Source of the DNA: a virus
Strand: one strand, 5' to 3'
Length of the DNA stretch: 64,000 nt
IMG/VR virus record: IMGVR_UViG_3300044712_000688
Location: 1-64,000 of that record
Below the pieces are notes generated by a model, which ran no database searches, had not been told where the DNA came from, and saw nothing but the letters and a program-made list of their open reading frames with translations. Shown piece by piece: positions 21,787 through 30,057 of the stretch. The position numbers and the translations under genes were made by a program. Each line of letters begins with the position of its first letter. Positions within the stretch are counted from its first letter, which is position 1.

Positions 21787-21981
21787 ATGCCATTTAAATT
21801 AGACGGCACTTACACTAATCGGTGCAGTGCTCACAAAAACAAAATGATTTATGGTGATCCAAATACCATCGTTAACATCGTACTCAGGACTCAAGCGCGA
21901 TTTGGTATAAAGCTGGCTTGGTATAAATGTGAAGTCTGGGGCGGATACCATTTGTGTAAGTTTGAGAATAAGCAGGACTAA
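21787..21981 (+). CDS. Hypothetical protein
   Basis: Tight gene packing. Confidence 0.5.
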   Translation: MPFKLDGTYTNRCSAHKNKMIYGDPNTIVNIVLRTQARFGIKLAWYKCEVWGGYHLCKFENKQD

Positions 21982-22164
21982 ATGATTAAATTTGAAAAGC
22001 TTTGGACTGGTACCCTAACCATGACCATTGGAAACAAGATTCACTTCTATCTAGGAACTACTGATCACTGGGGTCTAGGGTTTGACTACAACCACTACGA
22101 CCGATCGTTCACTCTGGATATTATTCACTGGTATATGGGTGTTCAGGTTTGGCACAATGAATGA
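21982..22164 (+). CDS. Hypothetical protein
   Basis: Tight gene packing. Confidence 0.5.
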   Translation: MIKFEKLWTGTLTMTIGNKIHFYLGTTDHWGLGFDYNHYDRSFTLDIIHWYMGVQVWHNE

Positions 22165-22438
22165 TTACTTACGCTCTACTCGTATATTGCTAGAAAACAC
22201 AGGTACATATGTCTATTGCCACGATGAACTAAGTTGTCGTGGTAGCTACTGCACGCTACATAACCGCAGTGACCATCACATGCGCAATATGCCTCAGATT
22301 TGGAGGAGTGATCGTGGCCTTATGGAGCGAGTTTGCGAGCATAGCGTTGGGCATCCTGATCCAGACGAGATTAATCTGGACTTGGGCGGCCGCGCAGTGC
22401 ACGGCTGTGACGGATGTTGTGGAAATATTGGCATCTAA
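22157..22438 (+). CDS. Cys/His-rich actinophage-type protein
   Basis: CTLHNRSDHHM...WRSDRGLMERVCEHSVGHPDPD. Confidence 0.65.
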   Translation: MNDYLRSTRILLENTGTYVYCHDELSCRGSYCTLHNRSDHHMRNMPQIWRSDRGLMERVCEHSVGHPDPDEINLDLGGRAVHGCDGCCGNIGI

Positions 22439-22470
22439 ACACTATGTTTTAAGTGTGGTATTTTACTGGT

Positions 22471-22815
22471 ATGGCAACTCCGAAGAAAATCAAGATAGCT
22501 GGACAGCTATATAACGTAGTCGAGCGCGACCCTAAGGAAGATGGGACGCTCAATGAAGCTAACTACGGATACACCCTAGATCAGGGTAATTTGATCGTTC
22601 TTGATAAAAGCATGTCTGTAAGTAAAAAGCAGCAGACGCTCCTACATGAAGTCATGCACGCTATTCGTATGGTTTTTGATGGCATGAAGAAGCCGAGTAA
22701 AAAAGATGACTATGAGACTTGGGAGCACCATTTCATCGGTGTATTCGAAGCTGGTATGTTAGCCTTTCTAAAAGACAACCCTGAAGTTGTGGAATGGCTA
22801 ACTAAGGAAGAGTAA
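22471..22815 (+). CDS. HExxH metallopeptidase-like protein
   Basis: TLLHEVMHAI. Confidence 0.6.
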   Translation: MATPKKIKIAGQLYNVVERDPKEDGTLNEANYGYTLDQGNLIVLDKSMSVSKKQQTLLHEVMHAIRMVFDGMKKPSKKDDYETWEHHFIGVFEAGMLAFLKDNPEVVEWLTKEE

Positions 22816-22817
22816 TC

Positions 22818-23156
22818 GTGGGGCGTAAAAAGAAGTTTGTAGCTGCCGGACCAAAGCCAAATGATCTGTGGATCTATGAAACAGAAATTCAAATCAATGG
22901 TCGCAACGTTGCGCCGGGTACTGAATTAAAAATTGCAGGAGAGCGTGGACGCTTTCGTTTTATGCAACACGTAACTAACCACAATGGGGTGCAGTGGGTA
23001 GATGTCTGGGGCGGACCTAAGGGTTCAGAGAATTGCCGTAGTTTTCGTCCAGACAGGATCAAACGAGTACACTACAAAAATCAGACTGTAGAAAATCTTG
23101 CAGCTGAATATAAGGAAAAGAAGAAAGCTATAAAAGAAGCCGAAGAGAGCAACTAA
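22818..23156 (+). CDS. SH3-like phage protein
   Basis: GTELKIAGERGRFRF...WVDVWGG...RSFRPDRIK. Confidence 0.6.
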   Translation: MGRKKKFVAAGPKPNDLWIYETEIQINGRNVAPGTELKIAGERGRFRFMQHVTNHNGVQWVDVWGGPKGSENCRSFRPDRIKRVHYKNQTVENLAAEYKEKKKAIKEAEESN

Positions 23157-23461
23157 GCTCCGTACGAGGCTCCGGTAACAAATCCAGCTAGCTGCTTGTA
23201 TGAATCGTACTTCTCTGCATACTCCACGATTTTGTAGTACTGCTCCGAAATTAGTGGCAACATCTCTGACCACTGATCAGCATTCTCGATAAGTGGGTGC
23301 CAAGTTGTTCCATCGAATACTGCTGGAGCTTCTTCTCCGTAAACGAGGACGTAACCTAGAGTCTGTCCGTTTTCTTCGAATGGGTTGTACAGAATTTTTT
23401 CAGGGTCTGGCCACAGACGAACACCGCGCATAAGTCCAGCTCGAGGATTGATGTTAATCAT
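23153..23461 (-). CDS. Hypothetical protein
   Basis: 102 aa, convergent with upstream genes. Confidence 0.55.
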   Translation of the reverse strand: MININPRAGLMRGVRLWPDPEKILYNPFEENGQTLGYVLVYGEEAPAVFDGTTWHPLIENADQWSEMLPLISEQYYKIVEYAEKYDSYKQLAGFVTGASYGA

Positions 23462-23972
23462 TTTGATTCTCCAATTTCTTCAAAGAAGCAATGTGCTTTT
23501 CTGAGCAGTCATTACATACGTTACCAACAATAATAGTGTTATTGGCGCGAATTAGCACCTCTTGAAACTCTACATGCCCATCTGTCTCGCAATTGTCGCA
23601 CTTAGATGGATACTCCTTGGCATGTTGCATGCCATATGAATAGACGCAAGCCGGGCACATTAGGGTGTCTGGCTTAGACAAGGAAACCATCCATAGCGAT
23701 GGGTGGTCAAAATCTAGATGATCATCAGCAAAAATTTTGCCCTTTTCTACATATTCCCAGAACGTATCGCCCGTCCTAAACCAGGGCATACGCTTACCTA
23801 GGTAAGTATCGGCAACGCTGTACTTAGCTTCATCATTGATAAAAGCTGCCTGCATTTCTCCCCTTTGGGTGAAGACATCGGCAATAGTGTCACTAATGTC
23901 TTTTGCTTGGGCTTCTGCCCCTTCGAGCTGCTCTTTGAAGTGAGCCTCTCGGATGTTGTCATTTGTAGTCAT
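23454..23972 (-). CDS. Hypothetical Zn-binding protein
   Basis: Three CxxC motifs. Confidence 0.6.
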   Translation of the reverse strand: MTTNDNIREAHFKEQLEGAEAQAKDISDTIADVFTQRGEMQAAFINDEAKYSVADTYLGKRMPWFRTGDTFWEYVEKGKIFADDHLDFDHPSLWMVSLSKPDTLMCPACVYSYGMQHAKEYPSKCDNCETDGHVEFQEVLIRANNTIIVGNVCNDCSEKHIASLKKLENQND

Positions 23973-24046
23973 AAAATCACTCTATAGGTAAATGTTGCAA
24001 AATGCAAACTAATTCAGTAGTATGAAAATCTAACGAAAGGATTCAT

Positions 24047-24367
24047 ATGGAAAGCGTAAATGAACGCGCTCTAGAAATCATCAAGGCAGTCTCTGCTCAG
24101 ATCTCGAGCGAGAACCTAGTAGGCAAGTGTGTAAAGTTTGAGTATAAAGAAGGCTACACCGGATACATTGACGGTGGGCTAGTTCTTTATGAGAATGCAA
24201 GTGGACTTGGCCTAATGCTTTATCCAACTAACCCAGAGTTTTACTTTTTGCCGTGGTCATCAATTGGGCTGATTGAGGTTGTTAGCGAACCAGAAGAGCA
24301 GATTATGGCTCTATATAAGTTGGCAAAAAAGCACTCTCGCAATCCTGCTGGATTTGTTCTTCAGTAA
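24047..24367 (+). CDS. Hypothetical protein
   Basis: GAAAGGA RBS. Confidence 0.6.
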   Translation: MESVNERALEIIKAVSAQISSENLVGKCVKFEYKEGYTGYIDGGLVLYENASGLGLMLYPTNPEFYFLPWSSIGLIEVVSEPEEQIMALYKLAKKHSRNPAGFVLQ

Positions 24368-24385
24368 TCTGCTAGGGTATAGCTT

Positions 24386-24952
24386 ATGACTTTAAAAATC
24401 GGTTCCTTGTTTAGTGGCTATGGTGGCCTAGACATGGCAGTATCTCAGGTATTCAACGGGGATGTTGTCTGGCACTGTGAATGGGAAGATGCTCCATCAA
24501 AGGTTTTAGCAGCTAACTTCCCTGGAGTCCCTAACTATCGAGACGTGACTAAGGTTGACTGGAAATCAGTTGAGCCAGTAGACATTCTTTGTGGTGGGTT
24601 TCCTTGTCAGGACCTCAGCTTAGCTGGTGGTCGGGCTGGATTAAAAGACGGAACTCGATCAGGACTGTGGTCAGAGTTCGCCGAGGCGATCCGAATTTTG
24701 TCGCCTAAGTATGTAGTAATTGAAAACGTAAGAGGGTTGTTGAGTGGAAAAGCATATAGCGACGTGGAACTCGGAGAAGAGCTTGTGGTACAAAAATCAG
24801 GAGACCCCGCTCTCAGGGCCATGGGTGCTGTACTCGGCGACCTGGCCGAGTTGCGGTATGACGCAAGGTGGCAAGGCGTACCAGCTTCCGCCGCGGGCGC
24901 TCCTCATGAACGGTTCCGAGTATTCATCCTCGCAATTAGACGAGATTCCTGA
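24386..24952 (+). CDS. C5-cytosine DNA methyltransferase, catalytic half (motifs I-VIII)
   Basis: LFSGYGG, GGFPCQD, ENVRGL, ERFRVF. Confidence 0.9.
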   Translation: MTLKIGSLFSGYGGLDMAVSQVFNGDVVWHCEWEDAPSKVLAANFPGVPNYRDVTKVDWKSVEPVDILCGGFPCQDLSLAGGRAGLKDGTRSGLWSEFAEAIRILSPKYVVIENVRGLLSGKAYSDVELGEELVVQKSGDPALRAMGAVLGDLAELRYDARWQGVPASAAGAPHERFRVFILAIRRDS

Positions 24953-25706
24953 AGAATCAATGCTTCGTACTCCTTCAGCAATTGAGGGAGAGGGCGGTGC
25001 TATCCGCGAGGACGTAGCACGCGCTAAGAACCGTATGCTCATGGTTCGTGATCAGATGGCTCAGTTGGCATATGAAAATGGGCTACCTGTTCCAGATGCT
25101 ATCGCTAAGCTGCCAACTCCTATGGTGATGGATCGCGCCGGAGCCATGCACCCAGATGATCGTAAGAAGAGTGGTGCTGGATACGGCCCTGCACTTCGCG
25201 ACATCCCTTATCTGCTTGGTACTCCGCGTACAAGCTCTGCTAATGGCTCTAGTTCTATTCAAGTTGCAACTGGAGCACCTAAGTCTCGCTTGGAAGATCA
25301 GGCAGAAGTAATCAACAATCTTCCAACACCAACAACCCGTGACCACAAGGATGGCACTGTTCCGCACGAGCGTGACGGTGTTGTTCAGGTTGATACGGTT
25401 GCTCGTGCTGTAATCAATAGTGGTGAAGTTACCGACATTTCTTGGGGTAAGTTTGAACCTGCTATTCGCCGTTGGGAAAAAATTACTGGACGCCCTGCAC
25501 CTGCTCCTACTGAAGCTAGCGGTAAGAATGGTACACATAGGCTCAGCTCAAAACTGACGGAATGGATGATGGGGCTCCCGGACGGATTTATTACGGGTCA
25601 CGGTCTATCTCGCACTGCAGAATTGAAACTCGCTGGCAACGGGGTTTGCCCACAGCAGGCAGTTTTGGCTTTGACTTTACTTACACAAGATCTTGAACTA
25701 GAATAA
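24744..25706 (+). CDS. C5-cytosine DNA methyltransferase, TRD and motif IX-X half, overlapping in another frame
   Basis: EWMMGLP, LKLAGNGVCPQQA; repeated L-x-T-P modules; start uncertain (GTG 24744 or ATG 24906). Confidence 0.85.
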   Translation: MEKHIATWNSEKSLWYKNQETPLSGPWVLYSATWPSCGMTQGGKAYQLPPRALLMNGSEYSSSQLDEIPEESMLRTPSAIEGEGGAIREDVARAKNRMLMVRDQMAQLAYENGLPVPDAIAKLPTPMVMDRAGAMHPDDRKKSGAGYGPALRDIPYLLGTPRTSSANGSSSIQVATGAPKSRLEDQAEVINNLPTPTTRDHKDGTVPHERDGVVQVDTVARAVINSGEVTDISWGKFEPAIRRWEKITGRPAPAPTEASGKNGTHRLSSKLTEWMMGLPDGFITGHGLSRTAELKLAGNGVCPQQAVLALTLLTQDLELE

Positions 25707-25721
25707 CTAAACAACTAAAAA

Positions 25722-25795
25722 GGTCCTGTGGCGCAGTTGGTTAGCGCGTCTCCCTGTCACGGAGAAGGTCGCCAGTTCAAGTCTGGTCAGGATCG
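25722..25795 (+). tRNA. tRNA-Asp(GTC)
   Basis: Acceptor GGTCCTG/CAGGATC; loop CTGTCAC. Confidence 0.93.
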
Positions 25796-25799
25796 CGAT

Positions 25800-25874
25800 G
25801 GCCCCATAGTTTATCGGTTAGAACACCGCCCTTTCACGGCGGCAGGGCGAGTTCAATTCTCGCTGGGGTCACCA
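25800..25874 (+). tRNA. tRNA-Glu(TTC)
   Basis: GGCCCCA/TGGGGTC-A-CCA; loop CTTTCAC. Confidence 0.93.
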
Positions 25875-25875
25875 A

Positions 25876-25950
<75 letters not shown>

Positions 25951-26024
25951 CGAGACTTAGCTCAGCTGGTTAGAGCCCCGAACTCATAATTCGGTCGTCG
26001 TGGGTTCAAGTCCCACAGTCTCGA
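25951..26024 (+). tRNA. tRNA with CAT anticodon (elongator Met or Ile2; not initiator)
   Basis: CGAGACT/AGTCTCG with paired 1:72; loop CTCATAA; lacks the initiator GGG/CCC stem. Confidence 0.88.
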
Positions 26025-26041
26025 CGATGTAGACTATACCT

Positions 26042-26665
26042 ATGGATGGTTTTAGTCTCGTACATAACTTTATTTCTGAGGAAGAGAACAACCAGTTGGT
26101 TGAGTTCTTGGATGAAATATCGGGCTACTCACCTCAGGAGCCTTCACACAGACATGCCCTAGGCTATCCAGGGTTTAGAATTGCATCTAAAATTTGCATG
26201 GATAATCCTGCTCTTCCCTTAACGGGAGATCCTAAAAAAGATTCTGCAATCATGCTAATAACTGAGATCTATGACAGAGTCAAATATTTCTTGCAGGATG
26301 TATATAAAAAAGAGCTGCTACTAATCCAAGCCAGCTATACAGAAATCGGTGTTGGACCTGGGATGGGACTTCATTCAGATAACTACTGGCTTAACGGAGA
26401 GCTTAGAGATGACGACATTTCAATTGTCATGGAGCATTCAGCGGTGCTCTATTTGAACTCTCATGAGGATGAGTTCACTGGCGGAGGTCTATACTTCCCG
26501 TTGCAAGATTACAGGTACTTACCTCAAAAAAGCGACCTAGCATATTTCATCGGAGACTTGGATCACATTCACATTGTTGAACCAGTTGAAAGTGGAAAGA
26601 GAAAGAGTCTCTCTATTTTTTACGGAAATAAAGAAACTGTTTTATATCACTGCAACAACACTTAA
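26042..26665 (+). CDS. 2OG-Fe(II) oxygenase
   Basis: HSD, SAVLYLN, FTGGGLYF, distal H and R. Confidence 0.85.
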   Translation: MDGFSLVHNFISEEENNQLVEFLDEISGYSPQEPSHRHALGYPGFRIASKICMDNPALPLTGDPKKDSAIMLITEIYDRVKYFLQDVYKKELLLIQASYTEIGVGPGMGLHSDNYWLNGELRDDDISIVMEHSAVLYLNSHEDEFTGGGLYFPLQDYRYLPQKSDLAYFIGDLDHIHIVEPVESGKRKSLSIFYGNKETVLYHCNNT

Positions 26666-26684
26666 ACTTATGTAGTGTAGTGCA

Positions 26685-26757
26685 CCCCGTGTACCCCAAT
26701 GGCAGAGGGACCCGACTTAAAATCGGCTCAGTATCGGTTCGAGTCCGATGGCGGGGA
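26685..26757 (+). tRNA. tRNA-Leu(TAA), short variable loop
   Basis: D loop CAATGGCAGA; anticodon loop CTTAAAA; T arm ATCGG-TTCGAGT-CCGAT; one acceptor mismatch. Confidence 0.8.
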
Positions 26758-27372
26758 CTAAGGAAGCATGTCGTAGAAAAACACAAGAAGGTTTACGCGC
26801 GACCCCTTTGTAATCTCGTTGACTCCGTGAGATACGTAGTGGCCGGGAAACAAAACTAAACTTCCCTTTTTAGGCTTAATTACTACGCCTTGGTCATCAA
26901 ATAAAAGCTCTCCACCTTCATAGTCGTCATTTAGCAAGATGCTACAAACGTGAGATCTTTTCTTGCCGTCAAACTCTCCGTTTGGATTAGCATCCTCGTC
27001 TCGGTGAGACGCAAGCACCGCGCCCTTATCCATGACGTTCCCGAAGATTCTGCTGAACACAAATTCGCCATACATTTCATATGTGTTTTCGTAGTAATCT
27101 CGTACGGCTTCAACCAGATCAATTAGCTTCTTGTCTGGATCCTGGTGGAGAGGGTAGTGTCCAGCTGCTAACAACTCGCTATCAAAAAAGCCCATCCCAC
27201 GAAAGTGTGGCTTAGGGTCTTTTTGAGAATTCTGAAGTACTATCTGCGCAAAATAGTCGCAAGTTTCAGGTGATAGATAGTCTTCAATTACGTGAAATGA
27301 GCGTTCGCTAGTCAACCTAGTTCCTTTTGTTAGATAGTCCAATTGTACCTTAAATTGTGTTTGTCTTGACAA
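26758..27372 (-). CDS. 2OG-Fe(II) oxygenase
   Basis: HRD, LNDDYEGGEL, KPKKGSLVLFP, HGV, R. Confidence 0.87.
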   Translation of the reverse strand: MSRQTQFKVQLDYLTKGTRLTSERSFHVIEDYLSPETCDYFAQIVLQNSQKDPKPHFRGMGFFDSELLAAGHYPLHQDPDKKLIDLVEAVRDYYENTYEMYGEFVFSRIFGNVMDKGAVLASHRDEDANPNGEFDGKKRSHVCSILLNDDYEGGELLFDDQGVVIKPKKGSLVLFPGHYVSHGVNEITKGSRVNLLVFFYDMLP

Positions 27373-27789
27373 AGCACCTTGGAGTCTGATATAAATGTCC
27401 CATGAGTAATTCAGATAATGGCGAAGAGCAGATGGATGACTTCCTATACCGCCTAAGGAACATTGACGGTAAGCTGGTCAAAGGTAAAAAAGAGATCGAG
27501 GATTTGGCCACAAAGATCGAATTTACGTTCCTAATGCTGGCAAATGATATGGCCTATCTTGATTCTGAGGATCGGCTATAATTGTAGCTGATGCCATCAA
27601 AAGAAAATAATGACCAAGATAAGCCAGTAGCTACAGCTCGAGAGGTTCTTGACTTCTTGGTCAAAGCTGGCCATATAAACTACAGCAAGCCAGACAACGT
27701 GTATTTTTACTGGAAAGATGGCGATTTAATTTTCTTAAATTTTAGACTCGAATAATCTGATAGTATCTTCCTAACTAGAGAAAGAGATA

Positions 27790-28092
27790 GTGATGCGAGA
27801 ACGACAGCTGCGAAAGATTCAAAAACAACGCCACATGTCAAACATCGCTATCATGATTTTGAATAATCCTGTGTTTAAAAATCTCAGCGATGCAGATCAA
27901 AAAAAGATGGCTAAGCTAATCTACAAAGCTGAAATGATTGAAATGCACGCCCGTGATAAAGACATCATTCGCCTAAACTCTTCCTTCCAAAACATCGTAG
28001 ACGCTATCCGTATCAATCTAGAGCAGCTAGATGAGCGTGAGTTTTTAGACGATGATGAAGATTTTGATGGAGACGGTGGAAACCGTCTATAA
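27790..28092 (+). CDS. Hypothetical protein
   Basis: 100 aa with acidic C terminus. Confidence 0.6.
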   Translation: MMRERQLRKIQKQRHMSNIAIMILNNPVFKNLSDADQKKMAKLIYKAEMIEMHARDKDIIRLNSSFQNIVDAIRINLEQLDEREFLDDDEDFDGDGGNRL

Positions 28093-28136
28093 AAGAAAAT
28101 CCCCCCGGCTACGTAAACCGAGGGGGATTTCTTGTT
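28091..28136. terminator. Bidirectional intrinsic terminator
   Basis: AAAAGAAAATCCCCC...GGGGGATTTTCTTGTT between convergent genes. Confidence 0.75.
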
Positions 28137-28143
28137 GGGTAAG

Positions 28144-29019
28144 TTAGCCTAGAGCTTTCCAAGTCAGGGGACCAACAATTCCGTCCGACTTGAGTCCACT
28201 CTTCTTCTGGAGTGCCGCTACTGCCTTATGGGTATTTTCACCAAATACGCCTAGCTGATCTCCCTGTACGGCTAACTTCGTTTGTAGATATTTAACCGCT
28301 GCTCCCTTAGAACCCTTCTTAAGTTCTCCAGTTAGTGCTGGCTTTGCCGGAGCTAGTGGTGCCTTCTTTACAACAGGTTTTGCTACTGGAGCAGGAGTTA
28401 CTGGAGCTGGAGCTTTATTAGCTGCCTTTTCTGCTTCATACTTTTCCTGTACCTTAGTTGCAAACTCTTCGGTGTGCTCTGGCGCATCTGCGGTAGGAGC
28501 ATCTTCTGGGGTAGAAGCTGGTGCTGCAGCAATCTCTGCTTCTTGTGCGATAAGTGCCTTGAAGAACTTAACTGCATTAACAAAGCCCTTGCCATCTGCT
28601 GACCAACCGTGAGACTTGCCTGCCCACATCTCCCAGTGGAGGTGAACACCAGTAGACATACCAGTGGTGCCCATGATTCCTAGAACTGTTCCGGCTTCAA
28701 TCTTCTGACCTGGCTTAACCTTGATTGAGCCATCCTTCATGTGTGCATAAAGAGTTGTGTAGTGCTTGCCGTTGATCTTGTGGTAAAGAACTACATAGTT
28801 ACCGAAGCCTCCGCCTGGTGCGGTTGACTTAGTTGCCTTGAGAACCTTACCTGCATAAGGCGCTTCGATGTAGAATGGGCCCTTACCTAGGCCGATAATG
28901 TCTGCGCCATTGTGGTGCTTTTTAGTCTTCTGAACTGGGTGAATTCTCCAGCCCATTTCGCTGGTAATCTTCCAGTCTTTTCCTAGCTTCCCGTCTAGTG
29001 GGAACTGTGCTTTTGCCAT
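28144..29019 (-). CDS. Endolysin: M23 peptidase plus peptidoglycan-binding domain
   Basis: HNGAD, YAHM, STGVHLHWE; C-terminal LKKGSKG...DGIVGPLTW. Confidence 0.9.
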   Translation of the reverse strand: MAKAQFPLDGKLGKDWKITSEMGWRIHPVQKTKKHHNGADIIGLGKGPFYIEAPYAGKVLKATKSTAPGGGFGNYVVLYHKINGKHYTTLYAHMKDGSIKVKPGQKIEAGTVLGIMGTTGMSTGVHLHWEMWAGKSHGWSADGKGFVNAVKFFKALIAQEAEIAAAPASTPEDAPTADAPEHTEEFATKVQEKYEAEKAANKAPAPVTPAPVAKPVVKKAPLAPAKPALTGELKKGSKGAAVKYLQTKLAVQGDQLGVFGENTHKAVAALQKKSGLKSDGIVGPLTWKALG

Positions 29020-29258
29020 GTCATATCCTTTAGTTTTGCCATAGCGTAGCTGTGGCGGTAGTTGTTTTTGTATCCTCTTTGGAAAGCTATGAAATCTTCC
29101 CGTCTTTGGTTGTACTCTGCAACCCTCGGGAACATATTTGAAGGATTGCGTAGCGGTCTGAGGGCATAGTAGGTCTTAGCTGCTAGATAGGCCTCCCTAC
29201 CTAGCTCTTTCTCATTTGGCTCGAAGTAGAACCGAATGTACGAGAAAAGCCTCTTCAT
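28995..29258 (-). CDS. Hypothetical protein
   Basis: ORF within minus-strand operon. Confidence 0.5.
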   Translation of the reverse strand: MKRLFSYIRFYFEPNEKELGREAYLAAKTYYALRPLRNPSNMFPRVAEYNQRREDFIAFQRGYKNNYRHSYAMAKLKDMTWQKHSSH

Positions 29259-29433
29259 GGCTCAATTTTATCAGCTTTAGCTATATCCCATTTGTGCATG
29301 AAATTGCAAATAAAATCGCGCCGAGAGCGCCAGTCTTTGGGACCTTCGACGCTTTCGACGCGACCTAGTGCTAGTTGTGCTTCTAGCCAAGCTTGGTGGC
29401 TATGTTCCTTGCACCCGCAGGAGAGCATGTTTA

Positions 29434-29634
29434 CTACTCTTTGTCGTCCTTTTCTTCCTTTTCATAGCGGAAGATAGGGAATGTGATAATCCAGATGCTT
29501 AGGGTAATTAGGATCATATTTCCGACTAGCTCGCGGGCTGAACCCTCGAGAAGAACCCATGCAGTACCAAGACCGAGAAGAGTCCAAGCTTGGTCAACTA
29601 GGTCCTGAAAGAGAGCCTTGATAAAGTGCTTCAT
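29434..29634 (-). CDS. Small two-TM membrane protein (holin candidate)
   Basis: Two hydrophobic helices, charged tail, near endolysin. Confidence 0.55.
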   Translation of the reverse strand: MKHFIKALFQDLVDQAWTLLGLGTAWVLLEGSARELVGNMILITLSIWIITFPIFRYEKEEKDDKE

Positions 29635-29643
29635 TTCTATTCC

Positions 29644-30057
29644 TTACTTGTTTGTTTGAGCTGCTGCTCGGCGTTGTTTCAAAAGATCAAAGTCCTTGAT
29701 CTTGGTTTCTCCCATGTACTCCCAAGCGTAGCCACCTGCGATCATGGCTTCGTTGAAAGATTTTTCTGCTCCGTCAATGAACAACCAACCAAGTACTCGT
29801 CCGTACTTCTCAGATGAGTCTGGCTTTTCTGTTCTAATGACAACGGTTGTTGCTTTCTTAAGAGTTTCCTTAAGAAGATTCTTGACCTCTAGGCCAAGTA
29901 CTTTTTCTGCTTTGTCAGAAGTACGTGACTCGGGGGTGTCAATACCTGCAAGACGGACGCGCTTGGTAATTGAGATGTCAAACCCTAAGTCAATGTCAAC
30001 GTCAATAGTGTCTCCGTCAACAACGCCTAGAACAGACTTAACTCTGTATTCGTACAT
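29644..30057 (-). CDS. Staphylococcal nuclease-like (SNase) protein
   Basis: VVDGDTID, RVRLAGIDTPE, KYGRVLG. Confidence 0.9.
   Translation of the reverse strand: MYEYRVKSVLGVVDGDTIDVDIDLGFDISITKRVRLAGIDTPESRTSDKAEKVLGLEVKNLLKETLKKATTVVIRTEKPDSSEKYGRVLGWLFIDGAEKSFNEAMIAGGYAWEYMGETKIKDFDLLKQRRAAAQTNK

Noticed and set aside
25951-26024. Initiator tRNA-fMet
   Set aside because: Paired C1:G72 and no three consecutive G:C pairs in the anticodon stem.
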